From: a virus
Direction: 5' to 3' (one strand)
Virus genome (UHGV): UHGV-1946153
DNA length: 13,440 bases
The notes below the pieces were generated by a model. It was given only the letters and a program-made list of their open reading frames with translations. It searched no databases and was not told the origin of the DNA. Made by a program: the position numbers and the translations under genes. This document shows positions 7,147-12,104 of the stretch, piece by piece. Numbering within the stretch: the stretch's first letter is position 1; every line of letters begins with the position of its first letter.

Positions 7147-8115
7147 TTAGTAGGTTATTTTTGTTGCGAATACTTCGCCTTTTACGATGGCTGTTATGAT
7201 ATTTTTAGCAACATCTTCTGGTGCGCCAACCTTGATAAGGTCAGCAAGTATTTTGTTATTTACTTCTTTCCGGTGAGCTTTATCCTTTGCTCTACGCTCT
7301 TCTTCGTCCTTGATTCTTTTTTCTTCTGCTATTCTGGCTTGCTCTTTTGCTTCAGCCTCGCGCCGGATTCGTTCAGCCTCCTCCTGTGCTTTTCGGCGTT
7401 CTGCTTCAATTGCCGCCTGCTTTTCTCTTTCAGCTCGTTCTGCTGCCTCTTTTGCTTCGCGCTGTGCTCGTTGCTCGGCTTCAATGCGTTCACGCTCTGC
7501 ACGTTCCGCTGCGGCCTTAGCTTCTGCTTCTCGCCTTGCTGCTGCTTCAATTTCGGCTTTTGCCTTTGCTTCGGCTTCAGCTCTGGCTTTCTCTTCAGCT
7601 TCTCTTTGTAAGCGTTCTTCATGCTCTCGCTTTTCCTGCTCCGCTTTGAGTCTTGCCTCTTCTCTTTGGCGGTCAAATTCGCGATCCATCAAAATCGCTA
7701 TTTCATGGTCAGACTCAATTTGCTTTGCGAGAGCTTCAGCTGCTGCCTTAGCTTCTTCTTCGGCTTTAATCCGCGCCTGTTCTTCCTCATAATCAGTAAG
7801 AGGCTGGCGCGCCTTGGCTTTCAGTTCATCAAGGCGATCGCGCACTGTCTTGCGGTTGGCATCAATTAGCTTTGGAATTTCCTTCAGTTCAGCAACAAGG
7901 TCTTTGCCAAGACCATCGAGATATGTTTTCGTCTGCGCAACTTTATACGCCAGAGAAGCGATCTCCTTTCTGCCCTTTGCCGTTGTGATATCAGGCACAA
8001 AGGACATAACTTCACGTTCAACCTTTTGAAGGATTTCTTCAATCTGGTCGGCAGACTGAAATACAGTCATTGCATTTGCTTTTTCAATAACAACTAAATC
8101 TGTTACTTCACTCAT
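7147..8115 (-). CDS. Hypothetical protein, 322 aa, with a long Glu/Ala/Lys/Arg-rich helical region
   Basis: ATG at 8113-8115 with GGAGG 4 nt upstream. A globular N-terminal domain is followed by about 170 residues of EAKR-rich sequence typical of a single alpha-helix or coiled coil, then a short C-terminal domain. Confidence 0.75.
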   Translation of the reverse strand: MSEVTDLVVIEKANAMTVFQSADQIEEILQKVEREVMSFVPDITTAKGRKEIASLAYKVAQTKTYLDGLGKDLVAELKEIPKLIDANRKTVRDRLDELKAKARQPLTDYEEEQARIKAEEEAKAAAEALAKQIESDHEIAILMDREFDRQREEARLKAEQEKREHEERLQREAEEKARAEAEAKAKAEIEAAARREAEAKAAAERAERERIEAEQRAQREAKEAAERAEREKQAAIEAERRKAQEEAERIRREAEAKEQARIAEEKRIKDEEERRAKDKAHRKEVNNKILADLIKVGAPEDVAKNIITAIVKGEVFATKITY

Positions 8116-8151
8116 ATATCCTCCATCAAAAAATCGCCCTCACATTGGAGG

Positions 8152-8225
8152 NNNNNNNNNNNNNNNNNNNNNNNNNNNNNNNNNNNNNNNNNNNNNNNNN
8201 NNNNNNNNNNNNNNNNNNNNNNNNN
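8152..8225. other. Assembly gap / masked bases (74 N)
   Basis: Run of N characters between the 322-aa gene and the AT-rich cassette. Confidence 0.99.
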
Positions 8226-8257
8226 TCGTTGGAATGAATACACAGTGCTTATTCGTA

Positions 8258-8728
8258 CTAATAAAACACCCAATTTTCTGTTTCTTGGTTGTGTCCAAAG
8301 TTATATTCAATATCTGGTGTTGATGTATCAATATTCTTCATCCCATCAACAAGAGTTGATACAACAGCTAAATCTTGTTTGATTCGCATCAAATGGTATT
8401 TCTTCCGGCGCAATAAACTTTCAATGGCAAGTTTCTTCGTTGGGAATGCAAAAGATCTTTCTGCATTTTTTGCTACTTTCTTAATTGCATATCTATTTCT
8501 CCTTTGTTTCCATTCCTGTAACCACTGATTTGGTGCTGGTTTAAAATTAACAATCCAATGCGCAGGAACCAACCATGCATAATGCTCTGTCTGATGAAAA
8601 GCTATATATTGAAGTGCGAATATTTTGATCCCATCTTCTTCAACTGTCGCTTGGAATCTCCAGAAAACAGGCATTCCATCATGTTCAGTTTCTGATTCAG
8701 GAAAAGGTACGCTCCATGATTTTGTCAT
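8258..8728 (-). CDS. Hypothetical protein, 156 aa (AT-rich accessory cassette)
   Basis: ATG at 8726-8728 with a GAGGTGA RBS. Local GC looks clearly lower than the flanking DNA (estimated by eye, not computed). Soluble, Trp/Lys-rich, no recognised domain. Confidence 0.65.
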   Translation of the reverse strand: MTKSWSVPFPESETEHDGMPVFWRFQATVEEDGIKIFALQYIAFHQTEHYAWLVPAHWIVNFKPAPNQWLQEWKQRRNRYAIKKVAKNAERSFAFPTKKLAIESLLRRKKYHLMRIKQDLAVVSTLVDGMKNIDTSTPDIEYNFGHNQETENWVFY

Positions 8729-8774
8729 ATCTCACCTCAAATAATTCAGTGCAGTGTTTATTCTGTTGTTTATA

Positions 8775-8800
8775 CCAAAAGAAGGCCGACTATGCGGCCT
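8775..8800 (-). terminator. Putative intrinsic terminator between the two cassette genes
   Basis: Minus-strand hairpin AGGCCG-catagt-CGGCCT followed by TTCTTTTGG. Confidence 0.35.
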
Positions 8801-8841
8801 GTGATGTTAGATTTACTTTCATTTTTGAACGGCAGCTACAA

Positions 8842-9105
8842 TTATGATGGAATGTACAAAACCACTTTCCAGTTCATAGAAGTGGATGATGGCATAAAAT
8901 AATCCCACGACTCATTAGCTACTAACTCTTTATTAACTGTGGTGGCAGCAATTTCGGCATCACCTTTATTATTAAAAATGTCGTTCGAATACTGACATTT
9001 TCCATCTGCATGCACATATAAAATATCATATGTATCTGTATCGTAATAACCGCTTATGTCTCTGATAACAATTCCTGGCTTCAATGATTTAATTTTCTTG
9101 TCCAT
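8842..9105 (-). CDS. Hypothetical protein, 87 aa (AT-rich accessory cassette)
   Basis: ATG at 9103-9105, 8 nt after the N stop codon, with the same GAGGTGATAT leader as the 156-aa gene. No recognised domain. Confidence 0.6.
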   Translation of the reverse strand: MDKKIKSLKPGIVIRDISGYYDTDTYDILYVHADGKCQYSNDIFNNKGDAEIAATTVNKELVANESWDYFMPSSTSMNWKVVLYIPS

Positions 9106-9113
9106 ATATCACC

Positions 9114-9413
9114 TCAAATAAGTGGTTTGCTGCCTAATTTCATTTTCTGGCGACCAACACAAGTCACACCCATTTCACTGCGTGGCTTGCGGTAGTAAAT
9201 ACGGTTCTGTTTACGCTCGACTTCTTCTGCCTTCTTGCAGCGAAGGCTTCCGAGCGATGCTGCTTTATCTGCTCTGACGCAACCAGAGAGCTTTAGCGCA
9301 ATTTTTCGCGCCAGTCGCTGCTCTTGCATTGCCTGTTCACGTTGAGCCTGTCTGCGTGCTCTGCGGCGATTTCTGGCGTTATCGTCAGCCAGATATGTAA
9401 TGACTACTGTCAT
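9114..9413 (-). CDS. N: Antitermination protein N, 99 aa
   Basis: C-terminus ...ERKQNRIYYRKPRSEMGVTCVGRQKMKLGSKPLI closely parallels lambda N (...ERKNQRTWYSKPGERGITCSGRQKIKGKSIPLI). N-terminal arginine-rich motif NARNRRRARRQAQREQ. RBS GGAGG 5 nt before the ATG at 9411-9413. Confidence 0.88.
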   Translation of the reverse strand: MTVVITYLADDNARNRRRARRQAQREQAMQEQRLARKIALKLSGCVRADKAASLGSLRCKKAEEVERKQNRIYYRKPRSEMGVTCVGRQKMKLGSKPLI

Positions 9414-9520
9414 GTTGACCTCCGATGATTGACTTTGGCGGTGACGCGCCGGGTGCTTATCTTCCGGTTGCCGTCGTGCAGCTGCACTTCACGTCACCCC
9501 AAAGCCAACTACTCTTTGGT

Positions 9521-9561
9521 TCCCGCATTTCGGCGGGACAATCCCATCAATGTTAAAGAGC
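9521..9561 (-). promoter_or_regulatory. nutL-like site (boxA + boxB)
   Basis: Read on the minus strand: GCTCTTTAACA (boxA-like; lambda CGCTCTTA) then the hairpin CCCGC-CGAAAT-GCGGGA (boxB-like). Lies between pL and N, and the boxB core is identical to nutR. Confidence 0.6.
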
Positions 9562-9600
9562 CTGCCAATCTGTTCCGTTTGGCTACCAGCGTCCTGCTGA

Positions 9601-9690
9601 TGGCTTAAATTTAAGATCTCTTTAATTAATGGTCAAGAGTATTTTTGAAGAAAACTTAAATTTTCTTTCGTAACTTAAGTTTGGCTTTGA
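9601..9690 (-). promoter_or_regulatory. oL/pL region: leftward early promoter with operator palindromes
   Basis: Candidate pL on the minus strand: -35 TTGACC (rc of 9631-9636), 17-bp spacer, -10 TTAAAT (rc of 9608-9613). Palindromes: CTTAAATTTAAG (9604-9615, overlapping -10), GAAAACTTAAATTTTC (9650-9665), AACTTAAGTT (9672-9681). Confidence 0.55.
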
Positions 9691-9704
9691 TTTTTAAAGG
9701 AAAT

Positions 9705-9727
9705 AAAAAAAAGGGGCGAATGCCCCC
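9705..9727 (-). terminator. Intrinsic terminator directly after the cI stop codon
   Basis: Minus-strand GGGGC-ATTC-GCCCC hairpin followed by eight T residues, immediately 3' of cI. Confidence 0.75.
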
Positions 9728-10378
9728 TTATGGAAGGTTTGCTAGTTTTGCATCGACAACTACGCCGATGATTTTGCAGTTCCCGTTGATCTCGATCATC
9801 GGATATTGTGGGTTAAGTGGTTTTAGAAACTTCCTGCCTGCATCAATAACTAACTTCTTGAAAGTTGCCTCGTTTTCTCCTTCGAGCTTTGCAACTACCA
9901 GTTTCCCGTTACGCGGCTCTACTTCAGGATCGACGAGTATTATCATTCCTTCAGGGATACTGAGACCGGCCGGAGCCGTCATTGAGTCTCCCTTCACGTC
10001 CAACCAAAACGAATCGTCTGAACAGTCTACGGTTGTATCGTACCAGTTATCTATTGCACGCTTATGATATGGTTCTACAGCTTCCATCCAGCATCCTGCG
10101 CTCACCCAGCTAATCAGAGGGTATGACCCTCTTGGATCATGCCTACTGTGATAGGCAATGTTTGAAAGACTTTCCTCTCCTTTCATCAGATAGTCAGGGG
10201 AACACTTCAACGCATTAGCCAGGGCGAGAAGATTCTCTCCATTTGGCTCTGTCTCAGAGCGTTCCCACTGAGATATGGCAACATTAGACACGCCGACCAT
10301 CTTTCCAAGTGCGGCCTGCCTGATCTTGAGTTCTTTTCTCCGAGCGCGAATGCGCTCTCCCATCAATTGAGTTTTCAT
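9728..10378 (-). CDS. cI: CI-type prophage repressor (XRE HTH N-terminus, LexA/S24 autocleavable C-terminus), 216 aa
   Basis: N-terminal HTH LGKMVGVSNVAISQWERSE. Ala-Gly cleavage-site context PLISWVSAGCW (lambda cI: FSHVQAGMF). Catalytic Ser in VKGDSM and Lys in LVVAKL. No upstream Shine-Dalgarno, so a leaderless lambda-cI-like start is plausible. Confidence 0.92.
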   Translation of the reverse strand: MKTQLMGERIRARRKELKIRQAALGKMVGVSNVAISQWERSETEPNGENLLALANALKCSPDYLMKGEESLSNIAYHSRHDPRGSYPLISWVSAGCWMEAVEPYHKRAIDNWYDTTVDCSDDSFWLDVKGDSMTAPAGLSIPEGMIILVDPEVEPRNGKLVVAKLEGENEATFKKLVIDAGRKFLKPLNPQYPMIEINGNCKIIGVVVDAKLANLP

Positions 10379-10458
10379 AGTTAAGACATCTTAAATAAAC
10401 TTGACTTAAGATTCCTTTAGTGGATAATTTAAGTGTTCTTTAATTTCGGAGCGAGTCT
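10379..10458. promoter_or_regulatory. oR / pR / pRM divergent control region
   Basis: Intergenic region between divergent cI and cro. TTAA-centred palindromes TTAAGACATCTTAA (10381-10394), CTTAAG (10405-10410) and TTTAAG (10428-10433) resemble the oL motifs. Confidence 0.6.
10401..10428 (+). promoter_or_regulatory. pR-like promoter for cro
   Basis: -35 TTGACT (10401-10406), 16-bp spacer, -10 GATAAT (10423-10428), about 30 nt upstream of the cro ATG. Confidence 0.55.
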
Positions 10459-10644
10459 ATGTACAAGAAAGATGTTATCGACCACTTCGGAACCCAGCGT
10501 GCTGTAGCTAAAGCGTTAGGCATTAGCGACGCAGCAGTCTCTCAGTGGAAGGAAGTCATCCCAGAGAAAGACGCCTATCGACTGGAAGTCGTTACAGCTG
10601 GCGCCCTGAAGTATCAAGAAAGCGCTTACCGCAAAGCGGCATAA
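10459..10644 (+). CDS. cro: Cro-like HTH repressor, 61 aa
   Basis: Divergent from cI. RBS GGAG 7 nt before the ATG. HTH QRAVAKALGISDAAVSQW. Size and position match Cro. Confidence 0.8.
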   Translation: MYKKDVIDHFGTQRAVAKALGISDAAVSQWKEVIPEKDAYRLEVVTAGALKYQESAYRKAA

Positions 10645-10651
10645 GCAAATT

Positions 10652-10696
10652 GCTCTTTAACAGTCATGGTCCTCATTCCCGCCGAAATGCGGGAAT
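10652..10696 (+). promoter_or_regulatory. nutR-like site (boxA + boxB)
   Basis: boxA-like GCTCTTTAACA (10652-10662), then a 12-nt spacer and the boxB hairpin ATTCCCGC-CGAAAT-GCGGGAAT (10675-10696) with an 8-bp stem. Core is identical to nutL. Confidence 0.65.
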
Positions 10697-10701
10697 ACAA
10701 C

Positions 10702-10736
10702 GCGCATAAGTTGATGCGCATAACTTCTTATTTGTT
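10702..10736 (+). terminator. Possible tR1-like terminator between nutR and cII
   Basis: Hairpin GCGCAT-aagttg-ATGCGC (10702-10719) followed by the T-rich ATAACTTCTTATTTGTT. Weak as an intrinsic terminator; lambda tR1 is rho-dependent. Confidence 0.3.
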
Positions 10737-10752
10737 AAGGAAATACTTACAT

Positions 10753-11031
10753 ATGGAACTTACAAGTACTCGCAAGAAAGCGAATGCAATTACAAGCAAC
10801 ATCCTGAATCGAATTGCTGTACGTGGTCAGCGAAAGGTTGCTGATGCGTTAGGGATTAATGAATCGCAAATTTCGCGATGGAAAGACAGCTTTATCCCAA
10901 AAATGGGAATGCTTCTGGCTGTTCTTGAATGGGGTGTTGAAGACGAGGAGTTGGCGGAACTGGCTAAGAAAGTAGCCAGAATGCTGACAAAAGAAAAAGC
11001 CCCGAAGAACGGCGAATTCTTCGAGGCCTGA
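10753..11031 (+). CDS. cII: CII transcriptional activator, 92 aa
   Basis: Start at ATG 10753 rather than track position 10666, which would run through nutR. Aligns with lambda CII from the first Met: ...NILNRIAVRG...ESQISRWKDSFIPKMGMLLAVLEWGV versus lambda ...LLNKIAMLG...KSQISRWKRDWIPKFSMLLAVLEWGV. Confidence 0.88.
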   Translation: MELTSTRKKANAITSNILNRIAVRGQRKVADALGINESQISRWKDSFIPKMGMLLAVLEWGVEDEELAELAKKVARMLTKEKAPKNGEFFEA

Positions 11032-11055
11032 TGTAGAAAGACTGGATCAATCCAC
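10990..11055 (-). ncRNA. Candidate OOP-like antisense RNA overlapping the cII 3' end
   Basis: Minus strand: -10-like CATAAT (rc of 11063-11068), then about 50 nt downstream a hairpin CGAAGAA-ttcgccg-TTCTTCG (11003-11023) followed by GGGGCTTTTTCTTTT. Position mirrors lambda pO/oop. No clear -35. Confidence 0.3.
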
Positions 11056-11065
11056 AGGAGTCATT

Positions 11066-11227
11066 ATGACAAAACGTCGTAAGAAATACCAGGAAAAAGA
11101 AGAGATTCGACACCCTGATTCACCTGAGGGATTAGTGGTAGCCGCAGCAAATAACAGGGCGTTCGCAGAGCGCCTTGTTGGTGTTTACAGACTAGCCAAA
11201 GCAGGAGTGAAACATGGGCGTCGTTAA
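11066..11227 (+). CDS. Small basic hypothetical protein, 53 aa, between cII and the replication gene (not in the ORF track)
   Basis: Hand-translated: MTKRRKKYQEKEEIRHPDSPEGLVVAAANNRAFAERLVGVYRLAKAGVKHGRR. RBS AGGAG 5 nt upstream. Conflicts with the alternative initiator start at 11214. Confidence 0.35.
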   Translation: MTKRRKKYQEKEEIRHPDSPEGLVVAAANNRAFAERLVGVYRLAKAGVKHGRR

Positions 11228-11275
11228 GTTAGCTGATTACAGGCATAACCCTGTACAACATCAGGAGGCATCCAG

Positions 11276-12104
11276 TATGGGGTATGTCTCTATACACCGC
11301 CAGTTTATGGACAGCAGGCTCTATAAGGACTCTCAGGCAGTACATCTTTGGCTTCACTTAATCCTCAAGGCTAATCACGAATCTACTGTCGTCAATACGG
11401 ATATCGGTCCGATAACTGTTGATCGCGGTCAGATGATAACTGGACGCCCGTCGCTGGTCAGAGAAACATTCATCCCCGACAACAAAGTTCGGAGCTTATT
11501 ACGGACTTTTGAGTCGAAAGGGATGCTTAATATTTGCTCGATGGGGAAGAAATTTAGCCTGTTTACAATCGTTAAATATGACGATTTTCAGGCAAAAAAT
11601 TGTCCAACGGTTGTCCAACGGTTGTCCAACGCAAACACCAGTAATGGCGCGGCTCTCAGCGGAGATTGTCCAACGGTTGTCCAACGGTTGTCCATAAACA
11701 ATAATATAAATAATATCTCTAATACTGACGTATTAGAGAGTGCCACAGCAGACAAAAAGTCTGACAAGAAAAAACCTTCCGTTAGCTGTCAGGATGTTGT
11801 CGATGCTTACCACGAAATCCTTCCTGAAGCGCCAAGAATCCGCGCACTGAATGACAAGCGTAAAAACCAGATCCGAACGTTCTGGCGCAAAGCCGGAGTG
11901 ATAACCCGCCAGCTTGACGGGCATGGGTTCACGATGCAGGACTGGAGAAATTATTTGAGCTACGTAGGCGAAAATTGCCGATGGATGTTCGAAGAACGCC
12001 CAAACCATCAACGCGGAACCGTCTGGCACAAAAAGGGATTTGATTTCCTGCTTAACGACAATACCTACCTGAAAGTTCGTGAGGGTGAACACGATGACCG
12101 ATAA
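11276..12104 (+). CDS. Replication initiator (lambda O / P22 gene 18 analogue) with the origin embedded in the gene
   Basis: ORF contains the iteron array and AT-rich region and is followed by an overlapping helicase gene. Start chosen at ATG 11276 (AGGAGG, 8-nt spacer); alternative ATG at 11214 (AGGAG, 6-nt spacer) gives the 296-aa track ORF. No direct sequence similarity to lambda O was recognised; the call rests on synteny and iterons. Confidence 0.8.
11600..11698. repeat. Origin iterons: six 11-bp direct repeats (TTGTCCAACGG) in two triplets
   Basis: Repeats at 11600-11610, 11611-11621, 11622-11632, a 33-bp spacer, then 11666-11676, 11677-11687 and a degenerate 11688-11698. Lies inside the initiator CDS, as in ori-lambda. 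Confidence 0.8.
11716..11739. repeat. Perfect 10-bp inverted repeat in the AT-rich region next to the iterons
   Basis: TCTCTAATAC-tgac-GTATTAGAGA inside AT-rich sequence (about 11694-11740). Candidate DNA-unwinding element or binding site. Confidence 0.5.

Noticed and set aside
7078-7869. ORFs 7078..7611 (+), 7310..7792 (+), 7329..7676 (-) and 7621..7869 (+) in the low-complexity region
   Set aside because: These are alternative-frame or antisense artefacts of the repetitive GC-rich DNA encoding the EAKR-rich segment of the 322-aa protein; their translations are low-complexity Cys/Ser/Phe or Lys/Gln runs.
8140-8331. Track ORF 8140..8331 (-) spanning the 74-N gap
   Set aside because: It is mostly translated from N characters and overlaps the 3' end of the 156-aa gene.
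9681-10067. Plus-strand ORF (128 aa) antisense to cI
   Set aside because: It overlaps the cI terminator and the cI coding sequence, and cI has strong family evidence.
10666-10752. N-terminal extension of cII in the track ORF (start at 10666)
   Set aside because: The extension would be translated through the nutR boxB hairpin and the putative tR1. Alignment with lambda CII begins exactly at the Met at 10753.
11600-11698. The direct-repeat array considered as a CRISPR array
   Set aside because: The units are 11 bp, adjacent with no spacers apart from one 33-bp gap, and sit inside the replication-initiator gene. These are origin iterons.
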